Numbered from the stretch's first letter, positions 29,131 through 37,908 are shown. The stretch: 47,631 bases of DNA from a virus (IMGVR_UViG_3300031949_000064:1-47631); one strand, 5' to 3'. Numbers and translations are program-made. Notes: generated by a model not told the origin, from the sequence alone.

Positions 29131-30456
29131 CTAGCCGATGCTACCGACGCGCCGCGTGCGCTTCGGACCAACGCTGCCCGTGCCCGCAGTCTTGATTAGT
29201 AGGTATCTACCCATCTGAGCCCATGCGTCGAGGCGATTTGGGGATCGCATTCCACTATCGGGGACCCATGAGGTGAGTTCTGACTCAAGCATTCCGAACT
29301 CACCGACCATCCGGTAGCGACCCTTCTCAGCGAGCGCGGCCACTGGCTCGGCACGCGCCCACTTGCTTGATCGCGAGGTGACTGATTCAAGCCTGGGCAT
29401 TTTCACGCCGCGCTTGCGGAAGGTCTCGGTTATTGTCTCCCTGACCCATTGTCCAACTAGGTTGCCTTCGTACACGATTACGTCGATGCCGTACTCGACC
29501 GTCTTGTCAACGATGCGGTCGCCCCACGATCCTGGCGTGCCGCGCGTTGAGCAGTCGTCGAGTATCTCTCCGATCGCTTGGTTCCCGTGCCCGACTTTCT
29601 GGCCGATGATCATTCCGACCTCGTCGGCGGATTGCTTCGATGAGAATCCGGGGTCGATGCTCATTACGCGCAGGTTGGGTGACGGGTTTGGTTGTAGTGC
29701 CCGGTGCTTGGCGATGTCCTGGCCGCGCATGAGCGCACCGTCAACGTCGTCGAGTAGGACGCCCTCGAGCTCTTGTAGGCCGAGTTTCGTGCCTTCGTAG
29801 CGGGCGTAGAGTCGTTCGACTTGCTTGCGGCTCAGGTTGTCGATGTTCTCGGATGTCTTGCCGCCTGCGAGGTGGTGGTCGTCGGGTTCGTCGCGTGCGA
29901 GTCTGACGAGCATCTTGACGAGTTCGACTCGCTTTGGCGTGCCGGTGACGAATGCTTGCGGCTCGCCGCCGTCACCGCGTGGGATGCGCGTTGCGAATTG
30001 GGCGTTGTCCCAAGCGTTCATGCCGTGGCGCATTTCGCCTGGCTCGTCCATCCAGTAGCCCTTGAGGTTCGGGCCGCGAACCTTGTCGGGAACCTTGGCT
30101 GTAAATATTTTGATTAGGCTGCCGTTGGCCAGGTCGAGCTGCAGCACGTCGCCGCGCCAGTGCCGCAGGTTCTCCGGAATGATGTCGTAGAGGTACGCCT
30201 CAAGACACTCAGTGCGCAAGTGCGCGTAATCAGGTCCGATGAGGCCATAAGCTCCGGGGTCGGTCAGGACTTGGTGTGCGAGCCACTCAGCGCCGCTACG
30301 AGTCTTGCCGTAGCCACGCCCGCAGATCAGCGCCGACACGGACTTGGTGGGGTGGGGGATCTGCGCTGGGCGTGCGTACTCCTGCCAAGCTCGCCAGCGT
30401 TGCTCGCCAGCAGACCGCATCGCCTGAACGATCTGCGGGTCTACTCCGGAGGACAA
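29131..30456 (-). CDS. terL: Terminase large subunit
   Basis: Walker A GRGYGKT, Walker B WMDE, coupling TGTP, nuclease SIDP and SPNRLDA. Confidence 0.95.
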   Translation of the reverse strand: MSSGVDPQIVQAMRSAGEQRWRAWQEYARPAQIPHPTKSVSALICGRGYGKTRSGAEWLAHQVLTDPGAYGLIGPDYAHLRTECLEAYLYDIIPENLRHWRGDVLQLDLANGSLIKIFTAKVPDKVRGPNLKGYWMDEPGEMRHGMNAWDNAQFATRIPRGDGGEPQAFVTGTPKRVELVKMLVRLARDEPDDHHLAGGKTSENIDNLSRKQVERLYARYEGTKLGLQELEGVLLDDVDGALMRGQDIAKHRALQPNPSPNLRVMSIDPGFSSKQSADEVGMIIGQKVGHGNQAIGEILDDCSTRGTPGSWGDRIVDKTVEYGIDVIVYEGNLVGQWVRETITETFRKRGVKMPRLESVTSRSSKWARAEPVAALAEKGRYRMVGEFGMLESELTSWVPDSGMRSPNRLDAWAQMGRYLLIKTAGTGSVGPKRTRRVGSIG

Positions 30457-30569
30457 GGGGGGTGCCTGTCGCCGAGATCAGTGGGCAGGTGGCGATGCAG
30501 ATATGCGAGCGAAGCGACGTACACGATAACTGTCAGCAATGCGAGGGCGGATTCTATCATAAGGATGAC

Positions 30570-31004
30570 TCACACCCTGCCCTTATTCTCGATCATCCTC
30601 GAAATCGAATCCTCAAAGCCCTTGAGCGCCGTCTCAATCGGACCGCCCTCAGGGCCAGACACTTCGAGCTTCGAAGCTGAGTCGAGTCGCAAGATAATCG
30701 CGGCCGCCCTGATCTTCTCGTCGTGCGTTGCGTTCGGATCCATGAGGCATGCTTTGAGCGCCGAGTCTGCGAGTTGGCGTCTGAGTGGCCCGCCTACGCG
30801 TATGGCGATGTCGGAAAAGCGTGAGAACTTTGTTTCGATATCGGCTTCTCTGTCCGCGTCTCCCTGGTTCCTCCATGCGGTGTATGTGGATCGGTGGATG
30901 CCGAGGTGGGCGCACGCGTCGACGATGCTCCAGAACGATTCCGCTGTCTCGTCGAGCTTGGTGAGCAGCTGATCTGTGAGCTTGCTGGGGCGTCCTGCGG
31001 CCAT
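30570..31004 (-). CDS. terS: Terminase small subunit
   Basis: GRPSKLT, HTH-like segment and KLEVSGPEGGPI; upstream of terL. Confidence 0.8.
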   Translation of the reverse strand: MAAGRPSKLTDQLLTKLDETAESFWSIVDACAHLGIHRSTYTAWRNQGDADREADIETKFSRFSDIAIRVGGPLRRQLADSALKACLMDPNATHDEKIRAAAIILRLDSASKLEVSGPEGGPIETALKGFEDSISRMIENKGRV

Positions 31005-31118
31005 TGGGTAATCGTATCAGCGCTGGCCGGATGCGGATAGTTTTGGTCCGAGGGTGTTTCATGGACGAACCCCGCCGTCGCGGGTTCTCCCCGCGCACCA
31101 TGCCTTCGGACCAAACTT

Positions 31119-31469
31119 TTAGAAGCCGAGTATCCAGACTGTGGTGCGGGCGAATGCTGCGATAAGCAGGATGGTGAGTCCGATGGCGAGCGTGGCTCCC
31201 ATGATGTCGAATGAGAGTCGGGTGAGCGGGTCGGAGTAGCGTGCCTTGCCGACGTTGAGGGTTCCTACTTCGCCGCATTCGACGCCGCCGCAGCACTTGC
31301 CGTCGCGGTCACAGTTTGACGGGTTGAGTTCGGTTGTGTCAGGTGTCATTGAATAGTCTCCTAAATCAGCCGCGCCGGCTGATGGTTCCGGCCGGTCGTC
31401 GTATACCTCTACCTTGCAGTCCGGCGTCACCCCTTCGTGCCAACTGCCTGTATTTATTTCAGACTCCAT
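31119..31469 (-). CDS. Hypothetical protein with C-terminal TM helix
   Basis: AGGAGG RBS before MESEINT. Confidence 0.55.
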   Translation of the reverse strand: MESEINTGSWHEGVTPDCKVEVYDDRPEPSAGAADLGDYSMTPDTTELNPSNCDRDGKCCGGVECGEVGTLNVGKARYSDPLTRLSFDIMGATLAIGLTILLIAAFARTTVWILGF

Positions 31470-31596
31470 CGCCCAACCTCCTGGCTGGGTGATTGAGCGC
31501 ATGCGCCACGACTTGCCTGCGGTTGTTCGCTGCGAGGGCTTTGCGTGTTTTTCCGGCGGCGCGGGCTTGGGCTCGTTTCGGGTTCATGGGGAGATC

Positions 31597-32646
31597 CTAC
31601 GGTGCGTCGCGGACGCTATGAGCGTAGACCCATAAGTCTTTCAGTAGTTGCTTACCAACTATCCTCAGAGCGTCGTTGTGCTTGTGCCCATCTGTCCATT
31701 CTCGGTTTGCGGTTACTTCGCGGCGTTGCTCATATGTCGATCGGTAGGGACGCCGCGCTTCGCCTTCGCCCCACACTCCATCTTCTCGCCATCGGTCTAC
31801 GCTGCGCCCGCCTTCCTTGACCGCCGATTCTGATATTAGGTGCACGAGCATTTTCATGGTGGGCGAACCACACGACTGAGCATCTTGCTGGCTCATGCCT
31901 TTGCGGCGAACTCGTGTTGCGTCGCCGTGCCCGCAGAGTTGTCTGAGTTGGCTAACGGTTCTATATCGATACGATCCGTCTGGTAGTTCTGCGACAGCGG
32001 GGTCGCCCAAGTGCCCAAGTAGGCGCCCAAGCAGGCGCACGCCTACGCCGGGACTATGTTTGATGAAATCGCCGAAGGGGCCTTTCTTGATTTGTTTGTC
32101 CAGCCATTTACCTAGCATCGCCTCTGATTCAATGACATGTTCGAATGATTGTTGTAGGACTTCTTGCTCGACGGACGCCCTGTTAATTCGGCTTGAGATG
32201 CCCATGCGTATTTTTTGTGTGTCGTAGAGGGTTTCACTGAATACGCGCAGGGCCATCCAGTATTGTTGACCACCCAGCAGAATCGGATCGGGATCGGTTT
32301 TCGCAACTCTGATGGCATCTGCTGGGTGGTCAATGGTTTCGCCAGCCGAGGAAGGATTGGAGTTCGTCGCCCGAATGGGCTGGCAAAGGGTCACGGCACC
32401 CGCCGCGTGGTTGGGTTTCGGCTTCTTGATGGGGTGCCGCAAAGTTTCGGGAGTCGTAGATGCAATGGTGTTCGTTGCGTTTCTAGACTCCCCCCCCGCC
32501 GTTGGATCCATGGTTTTCGACGCTGCACTGGGCGGAGGTAAATTTTCGGGCAGCGTGCGCACTTTGGTTTTCGCCGCTACTTTGGCTGCCCGCCTCACCG
32601 GAGTATCGCTGGGTTTCGCAACCACTTTGGGTGAGGAAGCTTTCAT
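31597..32646 (-). CDS. tasA: TasA-like Nop-domain RNA-guided DNA-binding protein (no nuclease domain); folded part starts near ATG 32256
   Basis: Coiled coil, then PGVG..LLGRLLG..GDP, RTVSQL...CG.G, RRKG, PYRSTYE.RR and GHKHNDALR..K.LLKDLW (IS110 C-terminal/Nop-like); no DEDD/RuvC region; adjacent guide array. Confidence 0.8.
   Translation of the reverse strand: MKASSPKVVAKPSDTPVRRAAKVAAKTKVRTLPENLPPPSAASKTMDPTAGGESRNATNTIASTTPETLRHPIKKPKPNHAAGAVTLCQPIRATNSNPSSAGETIDHPADAIRVAKTDPDPILLGGQQYWMALRVFSETLYDTQKIRMGISSRINRASVEQEVLQQSFEHVIESEAMLGKWLDKQIKKGPFGDFIKHSPGVGVRLLGRLLGHLGDPAVAELPDGSYRYRTVSQLRQLCGHGDATRVRRKGMSQQDAQSCGSPTMKMLVHLISESAVKEGGRSVDRWREDGVWGEGEARRPYRSTYEQRREVTANREWTDGHKHNDALRIVGKQLLKDLWVYAHSVRDAP
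32266..32636 (-). ncRNA. TIGR-like stem-loop guide-RNA array, 7 dual-spacer units
   Basis: Each unit is stem-CCA-9 nt-CGAANNCC(A/G)-9 nt-CG-stem (CTA instead of CCA in unit 4); central motifs start at 32618, 32573, 32519, 32474, 32420, 32366, 32303. Confidence 0.85.
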
Positions 32647-33122
32647 ACAGCAACACCGACTTCCAGGTCGCTCAACGTGCGAGCGCCAGCTTTCTGTATC
32701 TCTTGGATAGCTCGTAGGTGCCGGTCAATAGTTTCTTGAATGCCTTGCACGCGCTGGTGCATGTGCGCTATTCGCTCTCGGTGCTGATCGACGGTGAGGT
32801 CGCAGAAGCGTACGCGCTCTCCGGTACTGGGGATGGTGACGTGGCTCTGAGCGTAATCGGTTCGCGCCAATATGCGAGGGTCCGTCGTAGAGTCGTAGTG
32901 TTCTGTGACACTATTTCGTTGCCTGTCAGCGCCATTGATATCGGCTACAACACGGCGGATGCCCGTCTGGGCCGCGAGCAACACCAAGTCCCTATTGAGC
33001 GTGGCGACGATTGCTGCGCATGCTTCTGCTACCTCGTTGTCATCACTAGGCCAATGAGACATCTTGTCGAGGTGCCCACGGACAATGTTCTTGAGCGTTG
33101 CGGCGGGTTCGTGCATCGTCAT
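32643..33122 (-). CDS. Hypothetical protein coupled to the tas ORF
   Basis: ATGA overlap with the tas ORF start; start at ATG 33122 or 33116 after GGAG; C-terminal coiled coil. Confidence 0.7.
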   Translation of the reverse strand: MTMHEPAATLKNIVRGHLDKMSHWPSDDNEVAEACAAIVATLNRDLVLLAAQTGIRRVVADINGADRQRNSVTEHYDSTTDPRILARTDYAQSHVTIPSTGERVRFCDLTVDQHRERIAHMHQRVQGIQETIDRHLRAIQEIQKAGARTLSDLEVGVAV

Positions 33123-33227
33123 CTCCAAGGTTTGTGCGGGTTGCCGTGCAAGATTAGCTGCCGCGCTGTCCATTGGAAATGCCTTGAGGAATGATAGGCC
33201 CGATGCGGACCCTGGGCTTGGCCGTAC

Positions 33228-33896
33228 TCAAGTGGAGGGCCTCGTTTCTGGGCAGATCAGTCGATGGTTGAACCGGTTGGCGACGGCGTTCTTGTCGCCC
33301 ATGAACTCGCAAAGAATCCTATCAGGACCAGGTGTCTTGCGGTATGCCTTCCATGGTCCCCACTTGCGTGTGCGCTCGTCGAGGATCACGGGCCTGACAC
33401 CGTCGGAGCGTCCTTGGTGGTAGCACACCATGACCGCCTGGCCGCAGACGCCGCACGTCGCGGGGCCGCTAGGCGTTCCGGTCCAGTCATGGTAGTCGTC
33501 TACATTGCCGTCGGGGCCGACGAGTTCGACGAGTTCGCGCAGGCTCATTGGTACGTCGGGGCCTGACTTCGCCATGAGTGGCGGTTCGACTTTGAGATAG
33601 TTGAATCCACCAACGGCTCCAACTGCCCTGCCGATCGGCTGGCCATCCCACTCCTCCTCTGGCGGGCAGAACAATCCTTCGGATGCCCGACACATGTGCG
33701 GCGCGTGACCCTTCCCTGAGCGCACGGGCTTCCCAGCCTTGGTGAGACGCAGTCGTGCGGATCCGTCCTTCTGAATCTCGTATCGGCCTTGCTCGTGCGG
33801 CTCGATGTTGAGCACGAGTGTGTGCCCGGTGCCGATGTCGAGGGCGCGCACGGTCGGCGTGTTACAGATTGAGCAGTGTCCAGGGCGGGCGGTCAC
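33228..33896 (-). CDS. Hypothetical protein with two CxxC modules
   Basis: CSIC...H.C and CGVC...H...C; GTGA overlap. Confidence 0.6.
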   Translation of the reverse strand: MTARPGHCSICNTPTVRALDIGTGHTLVLNIEPHEQGRYEIQKDGSARLRLTKAGKPVRSGKGHAPHMCRASEGLFCPPEEEWDGQPIGRAVGAVGGFNYLKVEPPLMAKSGPDVPMSLRELVELVGPDGNVDDYHDWTGTPSGPATCGVCGQAVMVCYHQGRSDGVRPVILDERTRKWGPWKAYRKTPGPDRILCEFMGDKNAVANRFNHRLICPETRPST

Positions 33897-34150
33897 GGAA
33901 AGTCAACCTCCAACTCATTCATACGGTGCAGCATTGACAGTGCGTCGCCGAGGCTGATCTCGCCCGCTTCGATGTCGATGGCTATGCCGATGAGCATGCG
34001 TAGCGCGTCGGCTCGCTTCTCGGCGGGGAACTCCACGAGGTACTTGTGCGCCAAGAACGCTCTGGCCGTGGCGATAACTTCGGTTGCGAGCGTACTCAAT
34101 CGAACCTCCCCATTCGTCCGCGACACCGCCGGCAACGCATGCGTCGCCAC
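33893..34150 (-). CDS. Hypothetical protein
   Basis: Packed co-oriented ORF. Confidence 0.5.
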   Translation of the reverse strand: MATHALPAVSRTNGEVRLSTLATEVIATARAFLAHKYLVEFPAEKRADALRMLIGIAIDIEAGEISLGDALSMLHRMNELEVDFP

Positions 34151-34396
34151 GGCACGGCGAGCTGGAACACGCGGTGATTGAATAGGTCCTGGTCGGTGGG
34201 CGCGGGGCAGCCGAATAGGCGACAGGCGAGGCGTCGCAGAATCATAGCGGACCTACGATCCATCGCTTTACCACGGCAGGCAATGGCAAGTGCCAGCGCA
34301 ATGCAATCCTCCTGGCCAGACACGGCGAGCTGGCACAGGTGATGACGTGACGGTCGCAGGCGTGGCATTTATGTGCCGGCAGAGAATTCCTCCGAC

Positions 34397-34870
34397 TCAT
34401 CGATCCGGCCCCGTCTTGCAGGCATGGTCCGCCAACCTGATCGCCTCAAGCAATCCGGCGATAGCGTAGCGCGTCGACAGATTCACATCGGCGCAACGAT
34501 CCGTAGCGAACGACATGAGGTCGCTGATCGTGATCGGATCGGGGTTGCCGATCAGGTAGATCGTCGCCCATCCCTCACCACAGTTATCGAGGCGAACTAT
34601 CACACGGCTGTGAGTCTCAGTCTCCTCGTCGAGGAATGACTCTCGGCACTGACTCGCAACGCCACTCGAACGCTCACGCACCGGAATGAGACGCAGCTTG
34701 TACGCTGTCATGTCGCCCGGCTCGAGGCAGACTTTGATCGCGACACCGTTGCGCAGCTGGCGCGCGGCTTCCTTCGCGAAGGCACTGCGCTCGTAGTAGT
34801 CCCAGAATCGTTGATAGTCCTGGAACGTGTTGATTTGAAACTCGCGTGGGTGGTCGGTTGTGCGGCTCAT
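34397..34870 (-). CDS. Hypothetical protein
   Basis: TAATG overlap start MSRTTDHP; LEPGDMT.Y motif. Confidence 0.55.
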   Translation of the reverse strand: MSRTTDHPREFQINTFQDYQRFWDYYERSAFAKEAARQLRNGVAIKVCLEPGDMTAYKLRLIPVRERSSGVASQCRESFLDEETETHSRVIVRLDNCGEGWATIYLIGNPDPITISDLMSFATDRCADVNLSTRYAIAGLLEAIRLADHACKTGPDR

Positions 34871-35278
34871 TACAGGTCCTTCTCCGGAGGGATCGTGGTG
34901 TTGACGCCGTGCAAGATTCTCGATCCGGCGTGGGCGCTGCCAGTGGCTATGGCTTCGTAGAATGCTTTGTAGTGCATGCCGCACACTTCATATAACCGGC
35001 CGCCGATGACTAGCGTGGCGCTGCCTTGGCGCGTGCAGCGCAGGCTGTCGCGCTTGACTGCGATGCACCTCATTCTGCAGACACCTTCCAGATCGCGCGC
35101 ACGCCTCTCTCCTCTGCTTTTTCTATAAAGCAGTTGGGGCAGAGCATGCCGCCGGGGTCGCCGCGGTATCCGGGTCCACCGACAACGATATTCCATAGAA
35201 AGTTGGGCGCAAACCAAGGTGTTGGGTAGTTTTCGTCACATCTGTCACAGACGCCTTCTACCCCGCATGACTTACCCA

Positions 35279-35476
35279 TCAGAGCCTCCCAGTCCTGGTC
35301 GCCCACGGGCGAATCGTTGCGAGCCACCACCACGCAGCTCGACCGCCGACAATCATATCGGGTTCGGGCAGCTGGCCGCGTGACTTCAAGACGTGCACAC
35401 CGTTCTCGGGGATACCGAGGCGCTCGGCGATCTCCTTGGCGCCTACTGGCTCGTCGTTTCGCTTGGGGCGATTCAT
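35279..35476 (-). CDS. Small HTH DNA-binding protein (excisionase/AlpA-like)
   Basis: PVGAKEIAERLGI...RGQLPEPD...W....I..W. Confidence 0.75.
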   Translation of the reverse strand: MNRPKRNDEPVGAKEIAERLGIPENGVHVLKSRGQLPEPDMIVGGRAAWWWLATIRPWATRTGRL

Positions 35477-35931
35477 TCGTCAATCTCATTCTGCTCGAAC
35501 CAAAACGATGAATACTCGATGTCTGAGCCAAACTCATGCCCAGTCGCAACGGATATATATTCGGCAGCCTCCTCGCCGGTCACGTTGTGAACTTCGAACT
35601 CGATCACGCCAAGTGACACAGAAATAATCTGGCACCTAGCGACGTGTGTTCGTTGCCATGTCACATCGGAATCGCAGGACTCGAGTTTATAAAAAATATC
35701 TACTCCGTACCGGATCGAATCGTCGGGCCTCGGAACCTTACAGTGGTCGCCGTAACCAATAGTTAGACGGCCATGGCGCTCGTCTAGTTCGACATCGTTG
35801 ATTTGTCCCAAAGTAATTCCGAATGAACCCGGGTTCGGATACAGCGATCCCTTGATTAGCTCGGCAAACCGAACAATCCATCGCGTATCAGGTGTGCGCT
35901 CGCGAGTGATCTTGACTCCGACGACATTCAC
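35473..35931 (-). CDS. Hypothetical protein
   Basis: Packed ORF with stop/start overlaps at both ends. Confidence 0.5.
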   Translation of the reverse strand: MNVVGVKITRERTPDTRWIVRFAELIKGSLYPNPGSFGITLGQINDVELDERHGRLTIGYGDHCKVPRPDDSIRYGVDIFYKLESCDSDVTWQRTHVARCQIISVSLGVIEFEVHNVTGEEAAEYISVATGHEFGSDIEYSSFWFEQNEIDE

Positions 35932-36257
35932 TAGAAGCACCCATCACACGAGCAATGCGCCCGGTCGCCACCACTCGCCAGCGACCCGCACTCACACAAC
36001 GACGAACCGTAGTGGCTTGGCTGGAACGCGGGCTCGCGCTCGCACGCCTCACAGCCGGGCTCGCCGATCACGACCTGGGAAACCCTGCCGCCTTCGTGCA
36101 TCGGACGGTGGCCCTCGCTTCGGAGTTGGACCCACACCGAGTGCGCGGCAATCGTTGTCTCTGCGTTGGACAGGCCAGTGTAATACCACTCGCCCTTGGT
36201 GCCGTCGACGAATATCGCTCGGCCATAGATACCCGACAGCTTCGTCTCAGTCGTCAT
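35931..36257 (-). CDS. Cys-rich hypothetical protein
   Basis: PSH..S..CE.GS..SGG...HCSCD.CF C-terminus. Confidence 0.6.
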   Translation of the reverse strand: MTTETKLSGIYGRAIFVDGTKGEWYYTGLSNAETTIAAHSVWVQLRSEGHRPMHEGGRVSQVVIGEPGCEACEREPAFQPSHYGSSLCECGSLASGGDRAHCSCDGCF

Positions 36258-36750
36258 CTTCGATCACCATGCCGCCCTGTATGCGAATCACGGTGAGGTT
36301 GGCGCAGTTGTACCATCCCCGGTCGTGATCGTTCGCGGCGGGCTTTGCGGCTTCTCTGGCATCGATAGCGATTCGCAGGCAGCGCGCCCGCTCGGCGGCT
36401 GCGCCCTCGGCGCGCAGGGCCTCCTCGTGCTCGATGATGCGTTGGTCCATTCTGGCGTGCTCGCGCACTCTCGCACGAGCATGCTGCGCCGCGATGAGCT
36501 TGAGCGCCTCACGCAACCTGTCGCGATCCCGCACTGCAATCGTGATCGCCCTGAGCAGCTTCGCGTCGCACCAAGGGTGCGTCTCCCGGTGAATGTTGCG
36601 GTCGCGCACTGTCGACAAGGGATCGTGCGTCTTGCCGCTCGCATCCTCGTAGCTGCAGAACGGGCACGGCGGCTCTCCGGAGGAGACAGCGATCTTGCCC
36701 GAGCCCTCGCAGCCGGGGCACGTTGCCTTGTAGACGATTCGTTGCGTCAC
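36247..36750 (-). CDS. Hypothetical protein with Zn-finger and coiled coil
   Basis: CPGCEGSG...CPFC; AAAERARC. Confidence 0.6.
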   Translation of the reverse strand: MTQRIVYKATCPGCEGSGKIAVSSGEPPCPFCSYEDASGKTHDPLSTVRDRNIHRETHPWCDAKLLRAITIAVRDRDRLREALKLIAAQHARARVREHARMDQRIIEHEEALRAEGAAAERARCLRIAIDAREAAKPAANDHDRGWYNCANLTVIRIQGGMVIEDDD

Positions 36751-36977
36751 GACTGGTCACCGTATCCGGTGTCGTCCATCGCCTGGGCGAGGCGGCGCAA
36801 CTCGTTAGACGAGAACCAGTCACTACCGACCTGTACGAATGCGAGGAATCCCTCGGGCTCGCCGTACCTGTCGAGGCGTGATGGTTCAACTGAGAGTTTG
36901 ACCTCGTTCCCGTGGATATCCACGGTCTGCGTTCTGGCGTGTTGCTCAAGGGCAAGTTGTGTTTCCCAGTCACTCAT
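36747..36977 (-). CDS. Hypothetical protein
   Basis: 4-bp overlaps at both ends. Confidence 0.55.
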   Translation of the reverse strand: MSDWETQLALEQHARTQTVDIHGNEVKLSVEPSRLDRYGEPEGFLAFVQVGSDWFSSNELRRLAQAMDDTGYGDQS

Positions 36978-37213
36978 AGTTCTTGCTCCAATCCCATGAC
37001 GACCACTCGCCGGGCCTGCACAATGCCACTGCTCGACACGCTGCCGTCAACGGCGATGTGCTCGCCTTCGAGCGGCAATCTCGCGGTGCCGTCTGTTTGC
37101 ACAACGAACAGATCGACGTGCGGGTCGGCTCCCGAGTCTGCGACCGCCAAATTGAATTCGTAGCTGGCCAAGTGGACGCTCGTAACTTTCCCAATAAGTA
37201 CGATTGTGTTCAT
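36974..37213 (-). CDS. Small OB-fold (SSB-like) protein
   Basis: MNTIVLIGKV...F.LAV...G..IAVDG. Confidence 0.55.
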   Translation of the reverse strand: MNTIVLIGKVTSVHLASYEFNLAVADSGADPHVDLFVVQTDGTARLPLEGEHIAVDGSVSSSGIVQARRVVVMGLEQEL

Positions 37214-37245
37214 GCTCTACCTATCGGCACCTTGTCAGTAAACCT

Positions 37246-37551
37246 TTACAACGGATATCGAAATTCGTCAAGCATTTGTTTCACCTCAGACCAACTCGTC
37301 ACCACTCCGGAGATCGCGCCAGCCTTGCGCCACTTCGCAAGCTCGGCGCTCTGCAGGGGCGTAGGCTTACCCCCCGGTCGCTTGACTTCCAGGGCGAGCA
37401 TTCCAACTCCGGGCACATGGGCAATAATGTCCGGCCACCCACCCGAGTACGCGCCGCCATAGCACTTCCTCGCATAGGCATCCGGAATCATATTCAATTG
37501 GCGAACGATTTGTCGAACGATCGAAATCTCGCTTGGCCCGTTAGTGGCCAT
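37246..37551 (-). CDS. VRR-NUC family nuclease
   Basis: G.PDII...LEVKRPGGKPTPLQ. Confidence 0.88.
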   Translation of the reverse strand: MATNGPSEISIVRQIVRQLNMIPDAYARKCYGGAYSGGWPDIIAHVPGVGMLALEVKRPGGKPTPLQSAELAKWRKAGAISGVVTSWSEVKQMLDEFRYPL

Positions 37552-37714
37552 CGCCGGCCCCGCAGCAGTGCGCATCCAGTTCGTTCTTGGCTTCCTGCCA
37601 GCTTGTCGCCTCGACCTTGAAGCCGCAGGCGGGCCTCGTGCATCGAGCGGTGACGTCGGCGGGTTGCGCCATGTCAGCGCCCCGAGGGGGGGGGGCTTTG
37701 CGCTCGCCTGTCAT
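37541..37714 (-). CDS. Small Cys/His protein containing a C10 tract (absent from ORF track)
   Basis: ATGA overlap; C.RP.C...DAHCC. Confidence 0.45.
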   Translation of the reverse strand: MTGERKAPPPRGADMAQPADVTARCTRPACGFKVEATSWQEAKNELDAHCCGAGDGH

Positions 37715-37908
37715 GCGCTCTCTCCAGCCACGATTCCGACATAGGTGATCTCAATACTGTCGATACTCCTTCCGCCGATCTCGATTGCGGCCTGTCTGAG
37801 CAGTTCGCTTGTGTCATCGCCTCTTTGTTGGGATGCGACGACGACGGTGAATCGAATTTCAATCAAGCCGCATGACCTAGCTTCTATCTTGTATGCCCGC
37901 TTTTTCAT
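37711..37908 (-). CDS. Hypothetical protein
   Basis: 65 aa; AGGAAG upstream. Confidence 0.5.
   Translation of the reverse strand: MKKRAYKIEARSCGLIEIRFTVVVASQQRGDDTSELLRQAAIEIGGRSIDSIEITYVGIVAGESA

Noticed and set aside
3063-30972. Many long plus-strand ORFs (e.g. 3535..5007, 6271..7575)
   Set aside because: Antisense shadows of GC-rich minus-strand genes, with no motifs
31555-31592. Eighth guide unit downstream of tas (CCA...CGAGCCCA-9 nt-CG)
   Set aside because: First spacer length is wrong, no closing stem, and it reads as the start of a small ORF (31587..31459)
32266-32636. CRISPR array
   Set aside because: No 23-50 nt direct repeats, spacers are only 9 nt, and no cas genes
31597-32646. 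IS110 transposase / insertion sequence
   Set aside because: No N-terminal DEDD RuvC-like domain; the upstream region is a multi-unit dual-spacer array, which fits Tas better
33125-33165. Degenerate guide unit upstream of the partner gene (CTA-9-GGCAACCCG-9-TG)
   Set aside because: Central motif diverges and there is no adjacent stem; may be chance
35279-35476. Evidence of lysogeny from the excisionase-like HTH
   Set aside because: No integrase, repressor or att site recognised in the window
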